40,266 bases of DNA, from the NCBI GenBank assembly GCA_019358935.1, contig JAHHIK010000080.1:1-40266 (forward strand). Reading direction: 5' to 3'. Below the pieces are notes generated by a model, which did no database searches, was not told where the DNA came from, and worked only from the letters and a program-made list of their open reading frames with translations. This document shows positions 8,629 through 19,274 of this stretch, piece by piece (positions within the stretch are counted from its first letter, which is position 1; each line of letters begins with the position of its first letter). This DNA is from Tolypothrix carrinoi HA7290-LM1 (GTDB lineage Bacteria; Cyanobacteriota; Cyanobacteriia; Cyanobacteriales; Nostocaceae). The translations under genes and the position numbers were made by a program.

Positions 8629-9966
8629 ATGAACCAATCTGCGAAACGTTCCTCGCCGCTCCAAGTAGCCTTGATTGGTGGAGCGATCGCCACAACAGCA
8701 GCTTTGTCTGTGTTCGGTCAAGCGTGGTGTCGCTCCGTCCGCGCCGCCTTACAAGATAGCCCAAAAGCGATCGTAGACCAAGTGTGGCAACTAGTAAATC
8801 GTGAATATGTTGATGGCAAATTTAATCAACAAGATTGGCAAGCAACCAGACAAACCCTTTTAAGTAAAAATTATTCTTCTCGTGACGAAGCTTACACAGC
8901 CATCCGAGAAGCTTTAAAAAAATTGGGCGATCCTTACACTCGGTTCATGGACCCGAAACAGTATGACGCCCTCACCAGCCAAACATCTGGGGAAGTTTCG
9001 GGTATTGGCATTCGGATGGAACTGAATGAAAAAACCAAGCGACTCACCGTTGTCGAAGCGATCGAAAATTCGCCAGCACTCAAAGCAGGTATCAAAGCCG
9101 GCGATGAGATTCTAGCAATTGACGGCAAACCCATACATGACCTGAAAGTAGAAGACGCATCTAAGCTGATTCGCGGTAAAGCGGGTACTGCTATAGTATT
9201 GCGGCTGGCACGTCAGGGTCAAAGAGAAATGGATGTTAGGCTGACACGAGCCACCATTGAAGTGCCAACGGTGAAATACACCCTCAAGCGAGAAGGCTCA
9301 AAGCGTGTTGGCTATATCAAATTGCGAGAGTTCAGCGCTCACGCTGCCGATCAAATGCGGCGAGCAATTCGCGATTTGAACGGTCAGCAAGTTGATAGTT
9401 ACGTCTTAGATTTGCGCGGAAATCCCGGCGGTTTGTTGCAAGCGAGTATTGAAATTGCTCGCATGTGGATAGCTGATGGCGGGATTGTCAAGACAGTAGA
9501 CCGTGTGGGAGGAACTGAACTCAGCAAGGCAAATAACACCGCCATTACAAAACGTCCCTTGGCAGTACTGATAGATAATAATTCAGCCAGTGCTAGTGAA
9601 ATCCTCACAGGCGCACTCAAGGATAATAAGCGAGCGGTAGTTGTTGGTAGTCAAAGCTTTGGTAAAGCCTTAGTACAGTCAGTGCATGAACTGCCAGACG
9701 GTTCCGGCGTAGCCATCACCATTGCCCATTACTACACCCCTGAAGGAACAGACATTAACCATAAAGGTATTACCCCTGATATCAAGATAGATTTGTCAGA
9801 CGCGCAAGAGCGTCAGTTGGCGATTAATCCAAATTTGGTGGCGACTCAAAACGATCCGCAATATGCGCGAGCGATCGCCGCTTTATCCAGCAGAAACTTC
9901 GCCCAACCCCCAGCAAATCAACGGTCAAAACCGTTGAGCGTTCGCGCCTCAGATTTGAAATTTTAG
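8629..9966 (+). CDS. ctpB: Carboxyl-terminal processing protease (S41, PDZ), CtpB type
   Basis: DPYTRF, GIGI PDZ, LDLRGNPGGLL, SASASEI (catalytic Ser), FGKALVQ (catalytic Lys). Confidence 0.9.
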   Translation: MNQSAKRSSPLQVALIGGAIATTAALSVFGQAWCRSVRAALQDSPKAIVDQVWQLVNREYVDGKFNQQDWQATRQTLLSKNYSSRDEAYTAIREALKKLGDPYTRFMDPKQYDALTSQTSGEVSGIGIRMELNEKTKRLTVVEAIENSPALKAGIKAGDEILAIDGKPIHDLKVEDASKLIRGKAGTAIVLRLARQGQREMDVRLTRATIEVPTVKYTLKREGSKRVGYIKLREFSAHAADQMRRAIRDLNGQQVDSYVLDLRGNPGGLLQASIEIARMWIADGGIVKTVDRVGGTELSKANNTAITKRPLAVLIDNNSASASEILTGALKDNKRAVVVGSQSFGKALVQSVHELPDGSGVAITIAHYYTPEGTDINHKGITPDIKIDLSDAQERQLAINPNLVATQNDPQYARAIAALSSRNFAQPPANQRSKPLSVRASDLKF

Positions 9967-10010
9967 ATTTATAGGACTTACGCACTCATATCGTCAAAGC
10001 TTGAATTTAC

Positions 10011-10038
10011 GTAGGGGCAATTCATGAATTGCCCCTAC
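10011..10038. repeat. GTAG-type REP-like palindrome after ctpB
   Basis: GTAGGGGCAATTCATGAATTGCCCCTAC is a perfect palindrome. Confidence 0.8.
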
Positions 10039-10119
10039 AAGACAAAATATGATACTGCGGATTTACGATTTGGGATTGGGAATAATAATAATTAACCCCA
10101 TCCCCAAAATCATAAATCC

Positions 10120-11085
10120 ATGAATCATCAACCACTTGACACCACCACCAACACTTTTTTCCCTCATGTGTCGGTAGTGGTGCCTATATATAATGGTGAA
10201 TTTGACTTACCAGATTTAATTTCTTGTCTGTTAGCGCAAACTTACCCAAAACAGCAGGTTGAGTATTTGCTGGTAGACAATAACAGTAGCGATCGCACTC
10301 GAACTTTCTTAGAAACAGCTGCCGAACATTGCCCAATTACAATTCGGACTTTAAGCGAAAATGAAATTCAAAGCTCTTACGCTGCCCGCAATACAGGCAT
10401 TCGCGCTGCTAAGAGTGAAATAATTGCCTTTACTGATGCTGATTGCCGTCCGCAACATCAATGGTTAGAAGCATTAGTACAGCCTTTTGTCAAGCAAGAT
10501 GTGACAATTGTCGCCGGAGAAATTGCGGCGTTACCAGGCAAAACGCTTCTAGAACAATATGCCGATCGCCAAGATACTTTATCACAAAAGCACACCCTCG
10601 CCCATAAATTTTGTCCATACGGTCAAACCGCTAATTTAGCAATTCGACGCATCGCATTTGAAAAAGCAGGTTTGTTCCGTCCTTATCTAACCACTGGTGG
10701 CGATGCTGACATGTGCTGGCGAATTCTAAGAGAAAACATCGGGCGTTTAGAATTTTCCCCAAGAGCGATCGTCCAGCATCGCCACCGCGCTACACTAAAA
10801 GAACTAGAAAGTCAATGGCGACGCTATGGACGCTCAAATCGCTATTTACACGAACTGCACGGTATTGAGTTGATGCGCGAGACTACGGCAAAAGAATACG
10901 GCTATCTGTTGCTGCGTTGGTTGTTGAAAGAAATACCAAAAAATAGCTTTCAAGCGATCGCCCGTAAAGCCAGCCTTGTAGACTTATTAAGTACACCCAT
11001 TGGTTTATTCACTTCAAGAGCGCGTTACTCTGGGCAAAAAGATGCCCAATTGCCAGAAAAAGCCAAAATCATTGATTGGCTGTGA
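10120..11085 (+). CDS. Glycosyltransferase family 2
   Basis: VSVVVPIYN, VDNNSSD, AARNTG, FTDADC (DxD). Confidence 0.9.
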   Translation: MNHQPLDTTTNTFFPHVSVVVPIYNGEFDLPDLISCLLAQTYPKQQVEYLLVDNNSSDRTRTFLETAAEHCPITIRTLSENEIQSSYAARNTGIRAAKSEIIAFTDADCRPQHQWLEALVQPFVKQDVTIVAGEIAALPGKTLLEQYADRQDTLSQKHTLAHKFCPYGQTANLAIRRIAFEKAGLFRPYLTTGGDADMCWRILRENIGRLEFSPRAIVQHRHRATLKELESQWRRYGRSNRYLHELHGIELMRETTAKEYGYLLLRWLLKEIPKNSFQAIARKASLVDLLSTPIGLFTSRARYSGQKDAQLPEKAKIIDWL

Positions 11086-11140
11086 CGATTTTGGAGCCAA
11101 GGATTTTGGATTTTGGATTGGCATAATTTTCTTACCAATG

Positions 11141-11315
11141 ACGCCAGGTGCTTCAAGCCGGGAAACCCTTTGGTGCAGTCGCTCATGGGGGAAACCACGG
11201 CAGGTGCTTCAAGTCGGCAGAGCCTTTCCAACGCACTGCCTCCCCAAGACCGCGCTGCTTCACCAACGCACTGGCTCCCCAATGCCCAATGCCCATTGCC
11301 CAATGCCCATTACCC
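11141..11315. repeat. Triply nested small dispersed repeat followed by CCCAATG STRR
   Basis: ACGSCAGGTGC...GCACTGSCTC units nested inside one another; relatives at 14672, 22987 and 26932. Confidence 0.75.
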
Positions 11316-11369
11316 AGTACTACCTAATTTCCGCTAAATTTAATAAAAGTAGTGTCAAGGAAACTTTAG

Positions 11370-12065
11370 ATGTCAGCACAACTGTTACTGGTGGATGATG
11401 AACCGGGATTGCGTGAAGCCGTCAAGGATTATTTGCAAGAAAGCGGTTTCAGCGTTCAAGTTGCCAGTAACGCCCGTGAGGGGTGGGACTTGATGCAGCA
11501 AAGCATACCTGATTTAGTGATTTCCGATGTCATGATGCCTCAGGTAGATGGCTATCAGTTTTTAAAGCAACTGCGGGAAGACCCCCGCTTTAAAACGCTG
11601 CCGGTGGTCTTTTTAACGGCAAAAGGAATGACAAGCGATCGCATTCAAGGTTATCAAGCTGGTGTTGATGCTTATCTACCCAAGCCTTTCGATCCGGATG
11701 AATTAGTCGCAATTATCGAAAACTTACTTATCCGTCGCACTGCCAAGCCTCATGCTACAGGTGAAGAGGGAGAAACGTTTGATATTGCTGAACTTGCCAA
11801 TCAGATTGCCCAAATTAAGGCGCTGTTAACACAAAAAAGTGCGATCGCTCAATCTCCTGCCCCTTTTGCTATCGACTTGACCCCCAGAGAACAAAGTGTT
11901 TTAAATTTGGTCGCTGAAGGGCTAATGAACAAAGAAATTGCCCGTCGTTTGGAAACCAGCGTCCGCAACGTGGAAAAGTACGTCAGTCGTTTGTTTAGTA
12001 AAACAGGCACGAACAGCCGTACTGAATTAGTTCGTTTTGCTTTAGAACACGGTCTTGCTAAGTAG
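11370..12065 (+). CDS. ycf29: NarL/LuxR-family response regulator, Ycf29/Rre1 type
   Basis: Receiver domain (LVDDE, SDVMMP, FLTAKG, KPF) plus LuxR HTH (LTPREQSVL...NKEIA...SRTELVRFA). Confidence 0.85.
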   Translation: MSAQLLLVDDEPGLREAVKDYLQESGFSVQVASNAREGWDLMQQSIPDLVISDVMMPQVDGYQFLKQLREDPRFKTLPVVFLTAKGMTSDRIQGYQAGVDAYLPKPFDPDELVAIIENLLIRRTAKPHATGEEGETFDIAELANQIAQIKALLTQKSAIAQSPAPFAIDLTPREQSVLNLVAEGLMNKEIARRLETSVRNVEKYVSRLFSKTGTNSRTELVRFALEHGLAK

Positions 12066-12678
12066 TCATGAGTTATTTGTCATTAGTCACTAGTTTTTGA
12101 CTTTGGACAAATGACTCTTGCCTAGAGGGGCATCTTTATTTGGTTGAGAACAAAAAATCGGTTAAATGCACCCGGTTGAATTTGCTTTACTTGCTATGTC
12201 AGTAAACAGCTACGTAATACTTAGACAAAAAACACCATCAGCGATGTCTCACCTAATAACCGATGTCTAACAGCAACGGTTATTAGGTGAGACATCTTTA
12301 TACTAGAAATAATCTGGTTTGAGCAATCAAGAGCGAAAAATACATCTTCAAAAACCCTAAGTAACTTCAACTGTTCTGGGTATAAAGGCATAGTAGGCAC
12401 CCAATCATAACCGTAGTGCAATCCTGTAAGGGCTACTGTAAATGCGATCGCGCTCAAGCGGGCACTTTGTGCCATCGCGACTTAACCTGAAAAGCCTAAT
12501 TAAATCGGCTGACAAATAGAGTGTAGTAATTCTTTGTTCTTTCTGATGGTCAGTTTAAACAAGCCAACGAAAGAAGTGAGCGTAAATAGGCAAATGGTTA
12601 AACTTAAAAAAATCACCATTTTCTGCCCGATATACGATTTGCTACTACCGAAATAAAATAAACACTCTTAACACTTAA

Positions 12679-12957
12679 CTATTGATTAGTCTCAGTATTT
12701 CGCAATCGCATCAGTTGACGACGCATTTGCGGTGAGGCTTTAAATTCAGACACCTCCTGTGCTTTGACAGACGCGTGCAGGGTTTCTAGGAACTCGTCAG
12801 ACCCTTCTGTTAAAGCTTCTAGCAGCACCTGCAACAATTGATCGCGATCGCTTAATATACTCTTTTCCTCAATCATTCGGAACTTGAGATGAATTTCGCA
12901 CTCATAAACACTTACATCGATGTTATTTACCTGACATGGTAATGCTTTGGAGTTCAT
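12679..12957 (-). CDS. Npun_R1517/Asr1734-family heterocyst differentiation regulator
   Basis: VYECEIHLKFR and ASPQMRRQLMRLRN recognised as this family; position between ycf29 and ndhM matches recalled Nostocales synteny. Confidence 0.85.
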   Translation of the reverse strand: MNSKALPCQVNNIDVSVYECEIHLKFRMIEEKSILSDRDQLLQVLLEALTEGSDEFLETLHASVKAQEVSEFKASPQMRRQLMRLRNTETNQ

Positions 12958-14078
12958 AGTGTTTAGGATTCCTTTACTTGGTGGTCATCATGGTTGGCAG
13001 CTAAATTTCCGGCAAAAATTCTTTATATTTTTTTAGAATCCAAAGTGTTTGAATTAAGAATTTGTCTTCATCCATAACATTTGTATTCCATTGCACTCTC
13101 CTTTGGTTTGTTTCTAGCTAGAATGAGCCGTGTCTAGATTTTCGCCACTACTGCCGAATCTGCGCTTTATGGTAAGCCATAACTATTATTCAGTTTTTAA
13201 GATTCTATACAATAAAGTTTCTGTAAGAACTTGCGTGACCTTTTTAAAAGTTTTTACATCAACTTTATCTTTCCGTCAATAACAGTTCGGCTTGTTACTA
13301 GAAAACTAGTGGTTACACTTACGTGAAAATCTGGCTTTTTTCCTATTTAATTAGAGCCGGAGGCGGTTATAGCATAATTCAGTAAAATTACTACATGTGC
13401 GATTTTTTCATGAGAAATTAGATGAGGCATTTATGAGAAAAATTATTGGAGATAAAATTTTTTTTCGGGATGACATAGACAGCAATCCAATTATTCTGTG
13501 TTGAGTGCCTCATGGCATGACTTTCCTCGGCTGACGAGCACCAAAAGCGGCATAAATCCTTTTAGCTTTGATTAGCAGACCGCTACCGCTTTCAAAGGAG
13601 TTCCCCAGACATGAATGAGGAATAAAATTTATTTTCCTCTTTATTAAGGTACATCTGTTCTTGATTTTAGGAGTCTGTTTTTCCTTAAGCTTTAAGCCTT
13701 GACTTTTGTTTGCTATCATGCATTAGTTTGCCTTGGGCGCTAAGAGCGGACACTTCTAAAGGATGCGCCTTCAAGGGTTCAAAGAGACGCTTGTCACACG
13801 ACACGCTCCTTGATGTGCGAACATCCGATGCAGGTCGCTCAAGACAAGTGGATCTAGTAAACAAGGCGTATTCCTATCAGTGAAAGAGTGTTTGTGAAAC
13901 CCTCAATAAATGCTAGAACCTCATGATTTTTGCGCTTTGCGCTCTTTTATAGGCATGATTACCACCCAAGAGCGGAAGTAAGGGTGCGCCTCAGATTCCG
14001 AATCCGAGAAGGCATTCAAGACAAGGAAGAGCGTTTACAATAATTTCAGTGTAATCAACCAAAATCTTACACCGTTTT

Positions 14079-14429
14079 ATGGACAACCCGATGCTGCTCA
14101 AGTCAACAACCCGGCATATCCGCATTTTTGCCGGAGAAATTGACTCTCATGGCGAACTGGTTCCTAGCGATCAGGTCTTGACGTTAGATGTAGACCCAGA
14201 CAACGAATTTAACTGGAACGAAGACGCGCTGCAAAAGATTTATCACAAGTTTGATGAATTGGTCGAAGAATCTAGTGGCGCAGACCTGACAGACTACAAC
14301 TTGCGCCGCATAGGGTCAGATTTGGAGCATTACATGCGATCGCTTCTACAAAAAGGCGAAATCAGCTACAATCTCACTGCCCGCGTCACTAACTACAGCA
14401 TGGGTCTTCCCCAAGTCGCCCAAAAGTGA
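14079..14429 (+). CDS. ndhM: NAD(P)H-quinone oxidoreductase subunit M
   Basis: LLKSTTRHIRIF, LTLDVDPDNEFNW, YNLRRIGSDLE, NYSMGLP. Confidence 0.95.
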   Translation: MDNPMLLKSTTRHIRIFAGEIDSHGELVPSDQVLTLDVDPDNEFNWNEDALQKIYHKFDELVEESSGADLTDYNLRRIGSDLEHYMRSLLQKGEISYNLTARVTNYSMGLPQVAQK

Positions 14430-14437
14430 AAACTAAA

Positions 14438-14830
14438 GAATGGGGAATGGGTAATGGGTAATGGGTAATGGGGAATGGGTAATGGGTAATGGGTAATGGG
14501 TAATGGGGAATGGGGCATAGTCCCTTTGTGAAATACGCGATCGCTTCTTTTTATTCACATTGCCCATTGCGATAGGGCCCATTAAACAATTGCCCATTGC
14601 GATAGGGCCCAATGCCCAATTACCCATTACCAATTACCTTTTTCCCAATTCCCAATTCCCAATGCCCCATGACGGCAGATGCGCGTCTGCCGGGGAACCC
14701 TTTGGTGCAGTCGCTCATGGGGGTAACGAACATGACCGCGCTGCTTCACCAACGCACTGCCTCCCCCATGCCCAATTACCTATTACCTATTACCAATGCC
14801 CAATCCCCATTGCCCAATCCCCATTGCCCC
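14438..14830. repeat. Composite STRR element: (GGGTAAT)n, HIP1 core, (CCCATTG/CCCAATT)n with nested small repeat
   Basis: Heptamer arrays in opposite orientations; 29-bp core at 14528-14556 is the exact reverse complement of 39612-39640. Confidence 0.88.
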
Positions 14831-14840
14831 GTTTTATCTA

Positions 14841-16190
14841 ATGACTAAATTTTTGGCAAGCAGGCTCATCTTTATGCCTGCTCTTATTTTGCCAGTGTTA
14901 CTCAACTTTCAGGCACTAGCCGCCGAACTGGTAGGACGTGCAGTTTTACCTGCCGATACTTTTGCTTTTGGTTCAACCACAGGTCAATTCAAGAAAACAA
15001 ATCGCACCGTTCCTTTTATCAATGCACAACCCGTGCAGGGATTTTCCGCTGTTATACCAGGACCAAAAGTCGGCACTTATCTAGTAATTTCCGATAACGG
15101 TTTCGGATCAATTGCGAATTCACCTGACAACGTGCTGCGTATTTACGCACTAGAACCGGATTTTACCACGGGTCAAGTTTTCCCAGTTAATTTCCAAACT
15201 GGTGAAAGACTTAAAAGCTTTAACCGCGAAAGTTTTCTAGAACTAAATGATAAAAGAAATTTAGCTAACTTCCCCATAATCGCTTCACAGAAAGTTTATC
15301 CAGGTAGTAGCATTCCCGTCAGTCAGGAAATAGCTAAAAATCGCTTGCTGACAGGAGGAGATTTTGATACAGAATCTTTCCGCCGAGTCAGTGATGGCAC
15401 ATACTGGATAGGAGATGAGTTTGGTCCGTTTTTGCTACACGTAGGACAAAATGGTGAATTGTTGGATTCTCCGATTCCTTTGCCGAACTTAAGAGCGATC
15501 GGTAAGTTAAATTTTGTTAAATCTCCAGATAATCCAGAATTCGCCAATTTACCTGATGATACTGCCCGAATTGCAGCTGCTAATCTTGGCGGTTCTAAGG
15601 GGTTTGAAGGCTTGGCGCTTAACGGCAGCGGCACAAAGCTTTATGCGATGCTGGAAGGGGCATTAAAGGATGATATTGTGCGATCGGCATCGCGCTTGTT
15701 AATTAATGAATTTGATTTAGCAACCAAACAGTACACAGGTAAAGTTTTTTCCTATAAGTTAGAAAACCCTAGTTACGCAATTGGTGATTTAACTGCGATT
15801 AACGACAACGAATTTATTGTCATCGAACGCGATAATAAGCAAGGCGACCCTAATAATCCAGCTTTTAAAACACCTGCTCAATTCAAACGCCTTTATAAAA
15901 TTAATATCACCAATCTAGATAAACAGGGTTTTGTTCAAAAAGAATTACTAGTAGATTTGCTGAAAATATCCGACAAAAAAGGTATTGCTGGGAACCTTAC
16001 CCAAAATAGTATATTTGCATTTCCTTTTGTGACAATCGAAAACGTTTTGCCTATAGATGCCAGAACATTGCTGGCGATCAACGATAACAATTATGCTGAT
16101 ACCATTGGTCGTTATCCACGGCAAGCCGATAATACTGAATTCATAAAAATTAGATTAGATAAACCCTTAAATTTACTTAAAAGTCAATAA
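14841..16190 (+). CDS. Secreted esterase-like activity of phytase family protein
   Basis: Signal peptide (..FQALA|AEL), QPVQGFS, SDNGFG, FDTES, IGDEFGP, KGFEG, NDNNY. Start at ATG 14841 because the upstream in-frame part is STRR. Confidence 0.85.
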   Translation: MTKFLASRLIFMPALILPVLLNFQALAAELVGRAVLPADTFAFGSTTGQFKKTNRTVPFINAQPVQGFSAVIPGPKVGTYLVISDNGFGSIANSPDNVLRIYALEPDFTTGQVFPVNFQTGERLKSFNRESFLELNDKRNLANFPIIASQKVYPGSSIPVSQEIAKNRLLTGGDFDTESFRRVSDGTYWIGDEFGPFLLHVGQNGELLDSPIPLPNLRAIGKLNFVKSPDNPEFANLPDDTARIAAANLGGSKGFEGLALNGSGTKLYAMLEGALKDDIVRSASRLLINEFDLATKQYTGKVFSYKLENPSYAIGDLTAINDNEFIVIERDNKQGDPNNPAFKTPAQFKRLYKINITNLDKQGFVQKELLVDLLKISDKKGIAGNLTQNSIFAFPFVTIENVLPIDARTLLAINDNNYADTIGRYPRQADNTEFIKIRLDKPLNLLKSQ

Positions 16191-16961
16191 TATTAAGTTT
16201 CATTATCAAATTTGGGGAAAAAATACAGATATTAAGTCTTTGAAAATATAGATAAATTATCTATATTTTTATTTTGAGAAAATTGACTTGGCAATACTGA
16301 TAAACTATTTTACAATATTTACACATAATTTTCAAAGACAATATTCGTATTGGACAATCTATTTTCTTATTTTCTAGCCTTGAGGACAATATTTTTATCT
16401 TCAAGAGAATGTTATTAATTTTGATTACAGTTTGATTGAATTCAATGTGCCAATCTGCTAGGCGCAAGTAGTGTAAGTGGTAATAAACCCAATTTTTGAG
16501 TGTCGCATCCGGACTGATTGCCATGAACATGAAGCCAGTAGCAATTAGTGCCTAACAATTCGTTATCTTTAGGCTTAATTAAGGTTAATTTATGTCAACC
16601 TACTTATAAACTATAAAAATACCAGCATTATCTGCCTTTTGCTGATGAGATAATTCATCAAAAGCAAACAGCATGTTCTGGTGGGGTTATGATTTGGTAA
16701 CAGGTCTGTCCTTAATCGATGCTTTGGTGACAAAGAGTAACAGAGCAGAGAAGCTATGATCGGGCTGTAGGGTTTACATAGGAGCATGTTAGTTGGGAAA
16801 GTTGATAAAGTTGATAAATAACTATTAGCACCTGCTGGCTGCCGCGCTGGCAAAGGATGATTCATTCATTCCTATAAGTCAAGTTAAAACATGAGCGGTC
16901 TAGACTGCCGCTGTCACTGCTGTTGTGTGGAAATTGCTAATCGCTGATCGGTGCGAAAATT

Positions 16962-19274
16962 ATGGAAAATGACGCGGCAAGGCTGTATTGCCCAAATGAA
17001 CTTTGTCAGACGCCCAACCCCTTAACCCATAAGTTTTGTCAGCAATGCCGGACACCCTTACCGAAGCGTTACCTCTGGGTGGTGGGAGATAGGGAAAGTG
17101 TGGGTAACTCCGGAGAAATATTAGCCGATCGCTATTTAGTCATCAGCCAATCAGTTCTTTTAGATACTAAACCCGCTTTTGCACATGAAACTCCAGGGTT
17201 AGAAAATTTACAGTCAATCAGACCTTATCTGCGACTAATTCCCTACCGCTTACACGTTCCGCAGGTATATGGAGTGCTACAGCTAGCTGATAACCAGCAA
17301 GCGCGAGAAATATTACTTTTAGAAAAACCGCCGCTCTTCACCAATAACAGCACCAACCAAGTACAACTCTACAACGATTTAATTACTGCTTGGAGTCATG
17401 CCACATCGATGAAGCAACTCAATTGGCTGTGGCAAATCGCTCAACTTTGGCAACCTCTAGCGAGTGAGGGTGTTGCCTCTAGCTTACTCGATCCTAATTT
17501 ATTACGGGTAGAAGGCTCGTTAGTGCGTTTGTTGGAATTGAAAGTAGATTCAACAACACCAGAGTTATCTGAATTGGGTGAATTTTGGCAGCAGTTATGC
17601 CTTGAGGCAAAAAGTGCGATCGCCGAATTAATAAATCAAATTTGTCGTTCTTTGATTTCAGGAGAAATAAACTCCTCTGAACATTTAATAGAAGTTTTAG
17701 ATAAAGGACTGGCAGACGTAGGCAAAACCCAAACACCTACAATTAACATTATCACCAAAACCGAAACAGGTCCAAGCCGCCAACGCAACGAAGATGCGTG
17801 TTATCCGGACGCAGGAACTCTTTTAAGCAAACCCCCTCACTCCACAGCTTTAGCTATTGTCTGTGATGGTATCGGCGGACACGAAGGTGGTAATGTCGCA
17901 TCACATTTAGCAATTGAAACGATTCAGCAGCAAGTACAGCATCTGACCAAACTTCCTCCCGACCACATAGTAGCGGCAAATCTGCTGACAGACTTAGAAC
18001 AGGCAGCAGCAGTCGCCAATGATAAAATTAGTCAGCGCAACGACAGCGAAAATCGCCAAGGGCGTCAGCGCATGGGTACAACTCTGGTGATGGCGTTGCC
18101 TATTGCCCATGAAATGTATATTACCCACGTTGGTGATAGCCGCGCCTACTGGATTACACGCCACGGCTGCTATCAAGTTACCCTTGATGATGATGTCGCC
18201 TCGCGTGAAGTGCGGCTAGGCTATGCTATTTACCGTGAAGCTGTGCAACAAAGTTCCTCTGGTTCTTTGGTGCAGGCTTTAGGAATGAGTCCCAGTATCT
18301 CATTGCATCCTACGGCACAGCGGTTTATCCTGGACGAAGATTCGATTTTCCTGCTGTGTTCTGATGGTTTAAGCGACTTTGACCGAGTTGATGAATATTG
18401 GGAAACAGAAATCTTGCCGATTCTCACTGGCGAGACAGATGTTGTCAAAGTCGCTAATAGGTTAGTCGAAATTGCTAACACCAAAAATGGACACGATAAT
18501 GTAACCATAGCTTTAGTACATTGTCAAGTCAAATATTCTGAACCAAAGTCAAATTTGACAGCAGTCATTCCAGAACCTTCACCAATTAAAGCTTCTGATT
18601 ACGCGCCCACAATAATTCAAAACACTGCCTCAAGCAGTCCCAACCAAAAAACGCAAGTAATTCCAGAAACAAAGCCAGCGACACCCTTAAAAGTGCCGTT
18701 ACAGTTGGGAATTCTCTTATTATTAATTACGGGAGTCGGCTTTTTGGGCTACTGGGCGATGCGATCGCAATTGCCATTAACTACAAATATTGGCAGTTCT
18801 CCAACTCAGCCAGAAGGCACAGATCCGATTGGCACTGTACCTGGGCAAGTATCGCTTTCTAATTTAGATGTTGGTTTTGAGATTACCAACGATAGAGAAA
18901 TAACTCTGAGTAAAAACAAATCTGCCCCAAATCTAGGAATCACAGCACCAGCAGGTAGTGTTTTGCGAGTTATTGAGAAACCAATTCCTCAACAGCAAGA
19001 CTTTATAGTGCATCTGCGAGTCTGTTCAGTTGGTAGCGGGGCAACTCAACCGAATAATAATACTGCACAAACAGTAAAAAAATTATCTAACACCAAATCT
19101 TCCACCACTGCTTCTACTTTGGTGAAAAGGGGGGAAGACGTATGGATTCAATTATCGCAACTTGAGCGCTTGAATCGTTTTGTTTCCGTGCGGGGACAAT
19201 CCGGTGAATGTCAAGTTAACAGCGAAGCTGCACCTGATGTTAACCAATCGCCACTTCAACAAAGCCCTAGATGA
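16962..19274 (+). CDS. prpJ: Membrane-anchored PP2C Ser/Thr phosphatase, PrpJ-like
   Basis: N-terminal CPNELC..FCQQC zinc ribbon; PP2C motifs RQRNEDA, VCDGIGGHEGG, MGTT, HVGDSRAY, CSDGL, GHDNVT; one TM segment. Symbol rests on architecture and recalled synteny with Anabaena all1731. Confidence 0.8.
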   Translation: MENDAARLYCPNELCQTPNPLTHKFCQQCRTPLPKRYLWVVGDRESVGNSGEILADRYLVISQSVLLDTKPAFAHETPGLENLQSIRPYLRLIPYRLHVPQVYGVLQLADNQQAREILLLEKPPLFTNNSTNQVQLYNDLITAWSHATSMKQLNWLWQIAQLWQPLASEGVASSLLDPNLLRVEGSLVRLLELKVDSTTPELSELGEFWQQLCLEAKSAIAELINQICRSLISGEINSSEHLIEVLDKGLADVGKTQTPTINIITKTETGPSRQRNEDACYPDAGTLLSKPPHSTALAIVCDGIGGHEGGNVASHLAIETIQQQVQHLTKLPPDHIVAANLLTDLEQAAAVANDKISQRNDSENRQGRQRMGTTLVMALPIAHEMYITHVGDSRAYWITRHGCYQVTLDDDVASREVRLGYAIYREAVQQSSSGSLVQALGMSPSISLHPTAQRFILDEDSIFLLCSDGLSDFDRVDEYWETEILPILTGETDVVKVANRLVEIANTKNGHDNVTIALVHCQVKYSEPKSNLTAVIPEPSPIKASDYAPTIIQNTASSSPNQKTQVIPETKPATPLKVPLQLGILLLLITGVGFLGYWAMRSQLPLTTNIGSSPTQPEGTDPIGTVPGQVSLSNLDVGFEITNDREITLSKNKSAPNLGITAPAGSVLRVIEKPIPQQQDFIVHLRVCSVGSGATQPNNNTAQTVKKLSNTKSSTTASTLVKRGEDVWIQLSQLERLNRFVSVRGQSGECQVNSEAAPDVNQSPLQQSPR

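Noticed and set aside
11000..11398. ORFs 11000-11398, 11025-11303, 11113-11337, and similar ones at 14433-14848, 26817-27017 and 39455-39765
   Set aside because: Translations of STRR and dispersed repeat DNA (MPNAHCP, MGNGQWA) with no protein-family features.
16508..16513. DIF1 heterocyst promoter motif TCCGGA upstream of prpJ (also 8438-8443 upstream of ctpB)
   Set aside because: A 6-bp match is expected by chance; it cannot be supported without TSS data.
16261..16865. Small minus-strand ORFs between the phytase-like gene and prpJ, and ORFs 12221-12475 and 13510-13719
   Set aside because: AT-rich intergenic DNA with no recognisable motifs or convincing RBS.
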